Positions 11,554 through 21,963 of a stretch of DNA of 64,000 bases are shown piece by piece. A program made the position numbers and the translations under genes. The notes beneath the pieces are model-generated. The model saw only the letters and a program-made list of their open reading frames with translations. It ran no database searches and had not been told where the DNA came from. The DNA lies in assembly GCA_965644495.1 (NCBI GenBank), contig CBFFSA010000012.1, forward strand, positions 394,850-458,849. Reading direction: 5' to 3'. This stretch comes from Perkinsela sp. CCAP 1560/9 (Eukaryota; Protista; Euglenozoa: Kinetoplastea). Position 1 is the first letter of the stretch. Each line of letters opens with the position of its first letter.

Positions 11554-13177
11554 ATGCATATCCTTTCCTCTTCCGACAGCCCCGAACGTAAGAAACGTAA
11601 ATTGACCTCCTCCCCAAGCCCACAGAGCGCCCAAAACGACAGCTCTATCCTCCCTGCTCGACGCAAACCCTCAAAGGTCCGAGGTACCGATCTCCCTCAT
11701 GAATACGCCATGGAGAAATTTTTGCACAATGTTTCCTACCGGGATGCCTCCTGGACGGTACACAATCCCATACAGGACTGGGCCGGGATCTCCTGTGATG
11801 TTTCGCATCAAGTCACATGGGTTTCATGGGGGAGGCACCCGCTCGGGGGGATGCTCGCATGGGAGAGTCTCCCCTCTACGGTTCATTGGTTAAATTTAAG
11901 TGGAGAGACGAAGCGAGAGATATGGCTAAGTGGCTCCGTGCCTTTTTATGCTCTTCCCGATACGTTGACACGTCTGAATTTGTTTCGTCAAGAATTTGTG
12001 GGGAAGGTAGAAATATCTGCTTTGCCTCGGTCCTTGGTGAATATGGGGTTGAACTTTAACCAATTTTCAGGGCCTCTTGATCTCACGTGTTTACCGCCGC
12101 AGAGTAATAATATTTTCTTTTTTAGGCTCTTCGTTAAACGCGGTGGTTGCTTTCAACTTAGAAGTCACTCATACTGCGCGCTTCGCGTTGAAAACTACCG
12201 CCGCGTTTAACGAAGAGCCTAAAAAAGAAAATTTAGCCTGGAAAACGGAAAGATTATAGCCAAAAATAGCCGAATTTCGGGTAAAAATGGGGTCATTTTC
12301 GCATATTTTTGCTCTCAGAGCACTAAATCCGACATTTGCGCGTGGGAAATCACTCGCAGGCATGAATGAAAGCCTACCGAACGTATTGGGTAGAGAATGC
12401 GACTCCAACCATACCATTCTTTCGACCCAAAAATGCCCCTTTAGGTCCGAAAAATACTTTTTCACCTTTTTTAGTCAAAAATGGGTCATTTTGGGGGGCG
12501 CACCACAGTTCGAAGAAGTGATACCTTGCGAAAACAACTGCGTAGAAAGCTAGTGTAGGTCCTAAACTATCAAAATACAATAGGGGAAACGATTTTGGAA
12601 AAATATTTTCTTTGCCATTTTTTTCGCCAAGTTGAAATTTTTTTCAAATAATTTTTTCCGAAAAAATCCGAACTTGGCGGACCCGTCCTGCGGATACGCG
12701 GGGGGGTCACCCCCGGGTAGGGGGGTGGAAAATGCGCGCCAAGACCCCGTCTACCCTTTCTGCGGTTTTTTTTCGAAAACTAATTTTTTCGAAAAAATTT
12801 GCTCGACCCTGGACCCCCCCCTGGACCCCCCCCCTGGACCCCCCCCTGGACCCCCCCCATGGACCCCCCATTTTTTTCAATTTTTTTTTTCAGTTTTGGT
12901 CCACCGGAGCCCCCTTTTATATTTTTTTCTTCTATTATATTACTGTGTTCCCCTTTATATTTTCACTGTTTTTATTCACTTTTTTTTCAATAATCGAGTG
13001 TAGAGCGGTAGTTTTACAACCACCGCAATTTTTCAATTGGAATGGAATCTATTCGAAGGGATCGTAGACGTCTCATCTCTTCCAAAGCGTATTTCTATAC
13101 TCAATCTTAGTAGAAATCCGTTGGATAAGATTATTCCAAATCCTTTACCTCCTTGTGTTGTATTCGCCCCCTCTTAG
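11554..13177 (+). pseudogene. LRR-family gene split by a family A insertion
   Basis: The 5' part (SKVRGTDLPHEYAM, LRRs) runs to LPPQSNN at about 12112. The LRR resumes at 13028 (IFQLEWNLFEGIVDVSSLPKRISILNLSRN...) and ends at TAG 13175-13177. Confidence 0.88.
12113..13028 (+). mobile_element. Family A non-coding element, full-length copy (916 bp)
   Basis: Near-identical to 59123-60023; begins TTTTCTTTTTTAGGCTCTTCG with a ~120-bp palindrome and ends in hairpin GCGGTAGTTTTACAACCACCGC-AA; interrupts a gene. Confidence 0.92.
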
Positions 13178-13335
13178 AATGTGGGTACAAAACTTTTTTT
13201 TGCACATCAAAGTTTGAAAGAGCTTCTTATAAGAATTAATGGTTCCTCTTCAATTTGCCATACGAAAGCATAACTTATTTCAACAATTTATTTCGGCTTT
13301 ATTCTCACAGTTTCTAACAAAAAACCCACTGAATT

Positions 13336-14151
13336 ATGAACAGCACACTATTACCCCGATCAACAGGAAAAGTACGGGGCGCTTCTTTGCCCGCGATATA
13401 TGATCTCATTCGCTTTTGCAAAGGCCTTGAGAATCCACATGCCAGCTGGTCGGAGTCCACTCCTGTTTGCGAGTGGGATGGAGTGCAATGTACCCCGGAG
13501 AAGGAGGTGAAAAGTATTTTTTGGTATCGTCGATCTCTTCGCGGTGCGCTACACTGGGCGTCTCTCCCAGCAAGTATCCGAGAACTGCACATGTATGGAA
13601 ACTCTTTTAGAGGAACTCTTCCTTTGCAGGATATTTCTATGGGGTTAGAGATATTGGATGCTCACGCGAATGTGTTGCAAGGTGAACTATCTCTAAGCAA
13701 TCTTGTTTCGTCCTTTTTGGTGATACGTCTTTCACGAAATTCGTTTTCTTCTACAATAGATGTAACTCAGCTTCCTGATCTTCGTGTGCTGGAAGTCGCA
13801 ATAAACAAACTTTACGGAACTGTTGATCTTTCTTACTTTCCACCAAGTCTATTGCAAGTTTCTTTTTCTCGCAATCAGTTTAGCGGTCCGCTAAATTTGG
13901 GCCAACTCCCAAACGGTATACGCTCTTTCGACGCTTCTCATAATTCTTTTAGTGGAGATTTAGACTTGCGCTTCCTGCCCGCCTCTTTGGAATTCTTACG
14001 CCTTGCGAATAATGAACTAGGACCTCGTCTTCTTCAGTGGGATGAGGATCATATCCCTCCGTATCTCCGTTGTGTTATCATCTCTGAAAATTGCTTTTGG
14101 AGAACTGAAATCCGATCATTGTCATCTATTTTCAAACTAGATGCTGCATAG
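13336..14151 (+). CDS. Leucine-rich repeat protein (KVR-leader family)
   Basis: GKVRGASLPAIYDL, WSESTPVCEWDGVQC, LRRs. Confidence 0.9.
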   Translation: MNSTLLPRSTGKVRGASLPAIYDLIRFCKGLENPHASWSESTPVCEWDGVQCTPEKEVKSIFWYRRSLRGALHWASLPASIRELHMYGNSFRGTLPLQDISMGLEILDAHANVLQGELSLSNLVSSFLVIRLSRNSFSSTIDVTQLPDLRVLEVAINKLYGTVDLSYFPPSLLQVSFSRNQFSGPLNLGQLPNGIRSFDASHNSFSGDLDLRFLPASLEFLRLANNELGPRLLQWDEDHIPPYLRCVIISENCFWRTEIRSLSSIFKLDAA

Positions 14152-14589
14152 GCTCCAATTTAGAATTTAGGGCTTGCGAAACAGACATTTTTCTCTATTG
14201 AACCACTGCCCAGTTTAACGTGTCTATGACCTGTTGCTCTGTCGGGAGTACACTGTAAACAGCGCGGGGGTTTAAATTTGCTATTGCCATAACCCGGGAT
14301 TCGGATTACCGTTTAACTTGCATATTACCTTTTAAATTGGCACATTACCGTTTACGAATGTAAACGGTAACCCGACAGACGGGTTACTTGTCGTTAATAA
14401 CACTTGCCGTTACATTCAATATTTCTCACAGCATACCCTCTAATGAGATGGGTTGATTACTTCATACAATAAAACAATAGTTTCCATGTATGAAGACTTA
14501 CTCCATTTATGCCACTAATATTTTGTATCATAATAAATTATTTTGTATCGGATGCACAGCCACCAATATTTTAATTTATTCATCTTCCA

Positions 14590-15696
14590 ATGTCACCCCA
14601 TTCCGTAAATATTTTACAGCGTAGATACTTTGTAGCACTAGGCTTCGTGCTCACAGTATTCTTTAGCTCTAGTATTCGAACAGCTGACGAGTTCCCCCAA
14701 CCACCCCCACAAAAACGACGCAAATTTGGCAGCAAAGTGAGCTCTGTGACGCTCTCTGAGATTGACCTCATGCGTCAGTTTGTTCAACATGTGAAAAATG
14801 CTCCTCCCTCCTGGGGTAAGCGATCCTCTGTGTGTAAATGGAAAGGGATAAAATGCAACTCTGACTCACAAGTTACACATCTCAATTGGAGTCGTAGTGA
14901 TATTGGTGGGAACCTCACGTGGAGTTATTTACCTCTTCACCTTGTTGAACTTATAGCAAACCAACCATATCGCGGAGGGTTCACAGGAACATTAGCCTCA
15001 ACCGATTTAAATGCCCCACTGACAACATTTCACGTGTCGTTACATTCGCATCACGGATTGTTCGGCTTTGCCAACCTTCCCTCACAGATGATAAGTCTTG
15101 ATATCGGAAGAAATCATTTGGAAGGTCCCGTTGATCTTACTCAGCTTCCTCCACTGATTGAAAATATTGTAGCGCATGGAAATCGTTTTCAGGGCAGCAT
15201 AGATCTCACCGCAATGCCCGCAACCTTACATAGGCTTCTACTACACGAAAATCAATTGAGCGGCGCACTTAATCTAACTCAGTTGCCAAAAACTCTTAAA
15301 AGGCTTAATTTATCAGTGAATCAGTTCGAAGGTCGCATTGAGCTCTCCGCGTTATCCGCAGCATTAGATGTGCTTAATCTAAATGAGAATCGTCTAAGTG
15401 GAACGCTTCATTTTGAAAATTTTCCTCCCTCTCTCGGGGAGATTTCTTTGAACCACAATGCATTTGAAGGGCCATTGATTGTACCGCAAGTTCCGCCCTC
15501 TATGCATTTGCTCGATGTTTCTACAAATAATATCACTGGCGTGTTTGATACAACACCTAATCGTTATCAAAAGGTGGGTTTCCGCGTGACTGACAACCAT
15601 TTTGATGCGTTGATTCAGGAAAAGAAGGTTAAACACATAGTCTATATTGAGCCCGAAGTTTTACGGTACACTGAAAAGGAATACGCCGCCCTCTAA
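14590..15696 (+). CDS. Leucine-rich repeat protein (KVR-leader family) with hydrophobic N-terminus and basic cluster
   Basis: YFVALGFVLTVFF segment, PPPQKRRK, SKVSSVTL, VCKWKGIKC, many LRRs. Confidence 0.9.
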   Translation: MSPHSVNILQRRYFVALGFVLTVFFSSSIRTADEFPQPPPQKRRKFGSKVSSVTLSEIDLMRQFVQHVKNAPPSWGKRSSVCKWKGIKCNSDSQVTHLNWSRSDIGGNLTWSYLPLHLVELIANQPYRGGFTGTLASTDLNAPLTTFHVSLHSHHGLFGFANLPSQMISLDIGRNHLEGPVDLTQLPPLIENIVAHGNRFQGSIDLTAMPATLHRLLLHENQLSGALNLTQLPKTLKRLNLSVNQFEGRIELSALSAALDVLNLNENRLSGTLHFENFPPSLGEISLNHNAFEGPLIVPQVPPSMHLLDVSTNNITGVFDTTPNRYQKVGFRVTDNHFDALIQEKKVKHIVYIEPEVLRYTEKEYAAL

Positions 15697-15835
15697 GAAT
15701 CTAGCCATACACACGAATACCTTCACTAAATTAGCAAATTTCTGTATTTTGTGCCTTTTTGATAAATAGATTATACATAGATTGCATCATAGATTCTTAT
15801 ATTGTGTTTTCTAGAATACAATTGGTTTTATTTTG

Positions 15836-15881
15836 CTTTTTGGGCTCTTATCTAAACGCGGAGGTAGTTTTCAACGCGAAA
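15836..15881. repeat. Degenerate half of the family A palindrome
   Basis: TAAACGCGGAGGTAGTTTTCAACGCGAA matches the arm at about 5134-5160. Confidence 0.7.
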
Positions 15882-15989
15882 CAATGACTGCTAACAACCT
15901 CAGAATTGCTTACCCAAAATTCATTACTCGTTAGCATCTGTATATTCCTTTTTTTACAAATTCACAATGTTAATCGAACCTATGTCCTC

Positions 15990-18900
15990 ATGAGGAGCAT
16001 CGAGCGCACTTCTTGCGCAGCAATTCCACATTTGGCGAATCACGGATCCTTCTTTAGCATTTGCTCTTCAAATTCTTCTTGCAGCGCCCTTGGTTTTCAA
16101 AGGGCGTCTCTGTCATCCGTTGCGTCGGCAACATGGCAGGAATCACTATTATTTTATCAAAATCAACTCCAATGTCCAGTACCCCAATTTCGTACACGTG
16201 TCCATGCAGCCGACAGCACACTTCATTCTCTTCATCGGCTATCCTTAACAAATGCACATCCTAAAATTGGTTCAATGGCTTGTTTTATTCTTCGAACGTT
16301 GCATGCCCGAGCTCCTAAGCACGGCAATCGGATCCCACAAAAAACTGTTTTTGATGCTCTCCGCCTGCTAATCTCTCAAGGAGTTTGTGACCTTGATGAA
16401 GAAATATCCTGTTTCAGTGATCTCAGGCAAGGTGTATTTTCCGATGTTCCCTCTAAATGGAAGCTTGCAACATTGTTTCTTACTACGTATGGCTCTTCTG
16501 GTTCGCTGCCTTCAACGGTCAAGTCTTTGTATTGCTATGAACTTCAATCGTACGACTGGTTGTCACGTGTGGGCAAACTCTCCGTACAAGATAATGTACT
16601 CCCGAGTGTTTTGGATATCCTATCAGAAGGAAACAAAATACATTATCCAACAACTTCAATGCATGATGAATTCTTAAAGATGATGAGGACGTTTCTTGAC
16701 CATGTTTCCTCCAGGAAGTCAAATTTGAATGACGTCAATGCTCTTGCTGCACCTGGAACCTCTCTCACTCTTTTATGCTTCTTCTTGCATTCAGCTTTGG
16801 CGTGTCTCTCTTTTTCAAAACCGAGTGATTCCCAAGAGGGGTTACCTCTTTTGTCAGACACTAATTGTTTGCGAGCTAACAAAAGCCTTTCCGATTCTCG
16901 AACAGATGTCTCTGAACATATTTCAAAGAATGTGTTACAAGTGCTTCAATCTTTAAATGTTATCATTCAAACAGATTCTCCTTTGAAAGGTCAACATCAG
17001 AAAGCTTACGGGGCCCATTATACCGTCTTGGACAACCTTTTACGAACACCATCTCGCGATTTTACGAAAACAAGTCTATGTGATAAGCGTGGTAAAACAA
17101 TACTTTTCTTGAACGCCTTACTGCACTTTTTTCTATGCTGGGTCCCACAAAACACAGCGCTTGAAACTTTGCACTCATTTTTCTTGCGTCAAGATCCACC
17201 TTCACAAACATGCGCTTCAAGCAGTGCAGCACATGGATCATTTAAAGATCCAAACAAAGACTCCTTTGTGTTTCCTTTGTACTCAAAGTGCACATACACT
17301 TCTCAATTGTTAGAGTTCTACGCATCGCATCAAAAATTTGAGCTTCACGAACAACTAATGGCACGAATTATTCCTTTTCCGACGCAACAAGAAATTCAAA
17401 CTGTTCTTTCGAAAAACATAGTTTCGAGCATTTCCTCAGATGCGCATTCTCCTGCTTCTTTTCTTCCCTCCTCTGCATGGGATTTACAACAGAGAAATGG
17501 CGCACTTGACTCAAATGCGGCGGAAAGTTATCGTTCATTTCGGTTGGCTCTTTCCAGTGCTTCTCTGTCTGAAATGACACAAAACCTTACCGTTCGGAAA
17601 GCTTCACGTCGTGAACGCTACCGATCGCTTTGCAAAGTATACCGAAAAATCTTACGTGCCGGATCAAAAGGCAAAAAAGTGATTTCTTCCTGTTCTCCCC
17701 CTCCTGTTCTTTCTTCTGTCAAAAATCTGATCTCCCTTTTATCTCCACGAATCCCTTTTTCATCTTTTTCCAAACACAGTGAAGCATTTTTCGCTCTGCT
17801 TCGTTTCTCCCACACCCACAAAATGTCTTCTACGCAAACAAAAACGCTTCTTCATCTTTTACGCCGGCGTCTTCCCGAGGGGACGCCTGTTTTAAAGACA
17901 CTCGGAGACGCTTCGTCTGTTTTTACCCATTCATTCGTTTCTGAATCTTTTTTACCTCATTATTCGCACCATCAAAATCAAATTCTTCTGCAAACTTTAG
18001 CCAACGAAGGAAAGTGGGATTCTCTCCTGCAACTATGGCCGCATCTTTCCACAACCCATCCGGAAAACCGACACAAACTTTTGTATTGTTTTCGAAATGC
18101 CATCGTGTCGACCACACAAACTATAAATCGAGTAAAATTATGGCAACAAGCGCTGCAATTTGTGTCCTCTCAGGATTTTGCGGATCAAAACGTGGCGAGT
18201 GAGGTTTTGTTGCTGTTGAGTTTATCTCCCGGAAAGGCTTCGTGGTCAAATGTTCTCTACGGATATGCGAGGGCGCAAGCAAGTGGGAAACAGACCAATG
18301 CAGAGGCTACCTTGGAGTCCTCCTTAAATGCCTCACATGTACTGCACGCACTTTGTAGTGTGGTGGAAAAATACTCGTACGGAAAGGAGACAAGGGAGGT
18401 AAAGTTTTCGTCGGTGAAGCAAGCACAAAAATGTGACCTTCAAAAAAATACAAATGCGGATTTATGGTCTCTCGCGTTGCAATGTTACCAGACGAGTTCT
18501 TTTCACAAATTCTTCACAGCGAATCACGTACTTCGTGTTTTGGTTCACAGCTCGCCCCGTTCTTGTTGGAAAACAGCTTTGTCTCTTTTATGCCAGGAGC
18601 CTCGAGTTTTCAGCCATCACCTTCACCGATCTTTATGGTGTCGTATTTGGGCGAGTCTTCCCTCTTCTGCATTTTTACGAAACGACAAGGCAAAAAACAC
18701 AACTTCTGGAGTTGTGTGGGACATTTTGGAAAAACTTCCCTCCACCACTTTTCCGGATCTTTTTTGGTCACTTGCGCTGACTACGTTTCGTAGATGTGAT
18801 CTTATGAGGTCTGAAAATACAGAATTAAAACGTTTTGCTTCGGATTCAATCATGCAAGGTGATGCCTTGATCAAAACAAATCCTGGTTTACAACAAGCGT

Positions 18901-20498
18901 GTCTGAGTTCGACGTATTTTACGGAGATCATGGAACACCTATCTCGGCGTTCGATTTTACCCAATAAATCTTTGCGTGAGTTATTTCGACGTTATCATCG
19001 AAGATCTCAGGTCTATTCGTCTCTCATTACACACAAAGGGGGTAGTGGCAAGAATGCCTTTCAAACCGATGATGTTGCTTGGCTCAACGTGCCGCTTATT
19101 ACAGAGAGAGAAAACAAATCTCTCAGTACTTCCGATATTTCGTCTGATATTCCGCTGAATTCGTCAACTTCTAGCACACGTAGCCGTCGCGAAGTTCTTT
19201 CTGAACTTCGCTCTCCTATTTTGCTTTTTTCTGACCAATGCTGGGCACTTGGTTGGTGCCCTCCCGAGTGCAACACCATAGAAAATATTTTACAAAACCT
19301 TCAAAAGTTAAATTCGAGGCCTTTTAGTCCATCCAATGCTTTGAAAACCGGGAAAAGTGAAAAGGAGGAAATCTCTGGTGAAACAGATAGTGAATCGAAG
19401 TTGGAATTATCGCATTCACATCGGTGGGTGAGTTCGTCTGATTTATACTGCGAGGCCTCATCGCAATCTGCTCCTTGTTACGTTTTCTTTCGGCGAGTGA
19501 ATCCTTTGCGAAGTGCATCAGGGCCTATAAGGCCGGAGGCAGATTCCTCTACTCCTAGAAAAGGTTTCAGTAATAACACAAACCAAAAATGTCTGCCAAT
19601 TCGTACGAAAACAAAAAATACGCTTCGTTCCAAATTAATTGATGCATCCAACGTTTCTGCATCGGATTTTCCTACGGGAATTTGTACGTGGCGTTATTTT
19701 GTCTTGGCAACTCTTTCTTCTCTGTCCTTTGACGTGACAAATGTGTCTACGACATCGGAAGCTCTTTGGAAGTCGTCTCCCTTTCTTTCCGCCCTTACTT
19801 CTGAAACAAACAATTCTGAAGATGCTCTTTACTGGGATGTGGATCTTAACAATCAGACGATTTATCAAGGCAAATTACCGCAATCCAACGCATGGCTTGA
19901 TGCAAAACATCGTACTTTTTCTAAATGGGTGCCTTTTCCTCAATTTCTAGACTTTGTAGCTTCCATAACTTCCTATCCTCCATCTTCCCGATACGCTCGT
20001 GTTTCCCTCTTAAAACAAATGCCTACCGTTTCGAATCCTCACATCTCTCCACATTTTTTATCAAAATTCGGCACAGATTCTCCTTTTTCGATTTCTCCAG
20101 AAAACAAATCCAACAGCGTAAAAACAAATCCTGCTTCTTCTCCCCGTATAGTTTCGAATTCTGTATTTGCGATACAAATTACTACACGACACGACACGCA
20201 ACATTATCCGGTAGAAAGTACCGTTCTGCACGAACACACGCTGCGACATTCTGTTCTGAAACCTCTAGGGCTGAAACTATTTGGAGAGCAACCTGAAATT
20301 GGACAGGACGACTTATTCTTGCTATCTGGAAAACCCTCGGATAGACAAAAAGAAATGGGAAAAAAGACTTTGTTGGCTATTCCTAAAGAAGGGGTGTCGT
20401 GGTGTCCACTGGAAATACGACTGGGTCCTTATTTTGTCGAGTCAACACCTCCACGAGATATTTATGAATGGTATCGTTCGCAAAATATGGGAGGATAG
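15990..20498 (+). CDS. Large hypothetical protein (~1500 aa), possibly helical-repeat
   Basis: 4.5-kb uninterrupted ORF on the gene strand; first ATG at 15990; recurring WxxAL motifs. Confidence 0.75.
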   Translation: MRSIERTSCAAIPHLANHGSFFSICSSNSSCSALGFQRASLSSVASATWQESLLFYQNQLQCPVPQFRTRVHAADSTLHSLHRLSLTNAHPKIGSMACFILRTLHARAPKHGNRIPQKTVFDALRLLISQGVCDLDEEISCFSDLRQGVFSDVPSKWKLATLFLTTYGSSGSLPSTVKSLYCYELQSYDWLSRVGKLSVQDNVLPSVLDILSEGNKIHYPTTSMHDEFLKMMRTFLDHVSSRKSNLNDVNALAAPGTSLTLLCFFLHSALACLSFSKPSDSQEGLPLLSDTNCLRANKSLSDSRTDVSEHISKNVLQVLQSLNVIIQTDSPLKGQHQKAYGAHYTVLDNLLRTPSRDFTKTSLCDKRGKTILFLNALLHFFLCWVPQNTALETLHSFFLRQDPPSQTCASSSAAHGSFKDPNKDSFVFPLYSKCTYTSQLLEFYASHQKFELHEQLMARIIPFPTQQEIQTVLSKNIVSSISSDAHSPASFLPSSAWDLQQRNGALDSNAAESYRSFRLALSSASLSEMTQNLTVRKASRRERYRSLCKVYRKILRAGSKGKKVISSCSPPPVLSSVKNLISLLSPRIPFSSFSKHSEAFFALLRFSHTHKMSSTQTKTLLHLLRRRLPEGTPVLKTLGDASSVFTHSFVSESFLPHYSHHQNQILLQTLANEGKWDSLLQLWPHLSTTHPENRHKLLYCFRNAIVSTTQTINRVKLWQQALQFVSSQDFADQNVASEVLLLLSLSPGKASWSNVLYGYARAQASGKQTNAEATLESSLNASHVLHALCSVVEKYSYGKETREVKFSSVKQAQKCDLQKNTNADLWSLALQCYQTSSFHKFFTANHVLRVLVHSSPRSCWKTALSLLCQEPRVFSHHLHRSLWCRIWASLPSSAFLRNDKAKNTTSGVVWDILEKLPSTTFPDLFWSLALTTFRRCDLMRSENTELKRFASDSIMQGDALIKTNPGLQQACLSSTYFTEIMEHLSRRSILPNKSLRELFRRYHRRSQVYSSLITHKGGSGKNAFQTDDVAWLNVPLITERENKSLSTSDISSDIPLNSSTSSTRSRREVLSELRSPILLFSDQCWALGWCPPECNTIENILQNLQKLNSRPFSPSNALKTGKSEKEEISGETDSESKLELSHSHRWVSSSDLYCEASSQSAPCYVFFRRVNPLRSASGPIRPEADSSTPRKGFSNNTNQKCLPIRTKTKNTLRSKLIDASNVSASDFPTGICTWRYFVLATLSSLSFDVTNVSTTSEALWKSSPFLSALTSETNNSEDALYWDVDLNNQTIYQGKLPQSNAWLDAKHRTFSKWVPFPQFLDFVASITSYPPSSRYARVSLLKQMPTVSNPHISPHFLSKFGTDSPFSISPENKSNSVKTNPASSPRIVSNSVFAIQITTRHDTQHYPVESTVLHEHTLRHSVLKPLGLKLFGEQPEIGQDDLFLLSGKPSDRQKEMGKKTLLAIPKEGVSWCPLEIRLGPYFVESTPPRDIYEWYRSQNMGG

Positions 20499-20793
20499 TA
20501 AAGAATTTCCTTCGGAGTGACGTTTGGGTAATCCTATTTGTTTTATTCCCGTAGCTTTGGTTTCTTTTATGAAAGTTTTGTTTTTTTTTACTACATTTTC
20601 TGTGCAACTTAAGCTGCGCAAATTACTTGTTTTCTTGCTGTCGCATATTTCCACATCTTTTTGGAGGCAATAGAGTTGCAACACGGTTGTTAATGTTATC
20701 CCTATACAGGAATTTCCACTCACCATTACCTTTACTTTTGTATTTTATGTTCATCAATTTCGTTGTTTCTTTAACTTCCCCTTCTTCTTTTAC

Positions 20794-21750
20794 ATGAGCC
20801 AAACTTTTTCATTGAGTCAGACATATTATAAAGGGGCTAACGCAATTAGCCCGGCCTCTGTCATACTCACTCCCCCCTCTCCCCTTTCCTCTAACTCTCT
20901 CTGCACTACAGGGATGAGATCGCGGTACACGCGATCCTCTTCCTCATACGAGATAAAAATCTCACAGTGTCAGGTGCTTCAAGAGGCACAAACCTCAGAA
21001 AGGGAAGAGGAAAATCCTACAGACACATTTCTTCCTCCCCCCCACGCAATATCCGCGTGCTGCTGTTCCTTATGCAGCTGTGGGGGAAACGGAATTCTGT
21101 CTTCCCCGGAATCCTTTTTATATTCCCCCAATGCCCGAAATCCCCATCGGGTCGTCGTTCTGGATTTCGAAACGACCGGGCTTTCGAGAAAAGCCCAAAT
21201 CATACAAATTGGGGCAGTGGAGGTTGTGGGGAGTTTACCCACAGGGAATACGTTTTATACCAACGTACTTCCCTGTACGGAGATCGAGAGAGGGGCTACG
21301 AGGGTCCACGGATTTCGAAACGCGGACCTTGAGGGGGTAAATTCTTTTTCCCGTAGCCCCTCTTTCGACATTGTATTTCCTTTTCTTATGAATTTTATAG
21401 CCGGATCCCCGATTGTGGGGCATAATATCCAATACGATATAGGTATATTAAGAAAGGAGGCGAAGCGCATTGGTTCAAATCTTCCAATGTGCGAAATTAT
21501 TTGTACAATGAAAACGTTTCGTCGGTATTATCCGGGGAGAAAATTGGCACGGCTAGAAGCTGTGGCCAATTTCTTCACTTTAAATACAAATAATAAAAAG
21601 CCTGTTAGATTTTCGCAGTCTGAGGTGCACGATGCATTGGCAGATGCACTTCTTACTGCTAAAATTTATTGTATTTTTCATCGCATGGCATATGTTCACA
21701 TAGGACACGATATTGAAGAGTCTTGTGTGGTAAAATCAGAAGACATGTAA
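20794..21750 (+). CDS. DEDDh 3'-5' exonuclease (DnaQ / Pol III epsilon-like)
   Basis: ExoI VVLDFETTGL, ExoII IVGHNIQYD, ExoIII HDALADALLTAKIY. Confidence 0.9.
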   Translation: MSQTFSLSQTYYKGANAISPASVILTPPSPLSSNSLCTTGMRSRYTRSSSSYEIKISQCQVLQEAQTSEREEENPTDTFLPPPHAISACCCSLCSCGGNGILSSPESFLYSPNARNPHRVVVLDFETTGLSRKAQIIQIGAVEVVGSLPTGNTFYTNVLPCTEIERGATRVHGFRNADLEGVNSFSRSPSFDIVFPFLMNFIAGSPIVGHNIQYDIGILRKEAKRIGSNLPMCEIICTMKTFRRYYPGRKLARLEAVANFFTLNTNNKKPVRFSQSEVHDALADALLTAKIYCIFHRMAYVHIGHDIEESCVVKSEDM

Positions 21751-21843
21751 CGTTTATGCGATTTCTCCTTTCTATAGAGTCGTTTTTTTGTACAGTAAGC
21801 GTAAGCATGTAAATATGTAGATATAGCCTTAAATATTTTTTTA

Positions 21844-21963
21844 TTTTTCTTTTTTAAGCTCTTCGTTAAACGCAGTGGTTGTTTTCAACTTAGAATTCAC
21901 TCGTGCTGCGCGCTTCACGCTGAAAACTACCACCGCGTTTAACGAAGAGCCTAAAAAAGAAAA
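21844..21963. mobile_element. Solo family A palindrome
   Basis: Both arms and the loop are present with a few substitutions; no element body follows. Confidence 0.85.

Noticed and set aside
12077-13067. Short ORFs inside family A copies (also at 32737-33418 and 59179-60041)
   Set aside because: They show no protein motifs, the frames differ between copies, and they recur only because the DNA is repeated.
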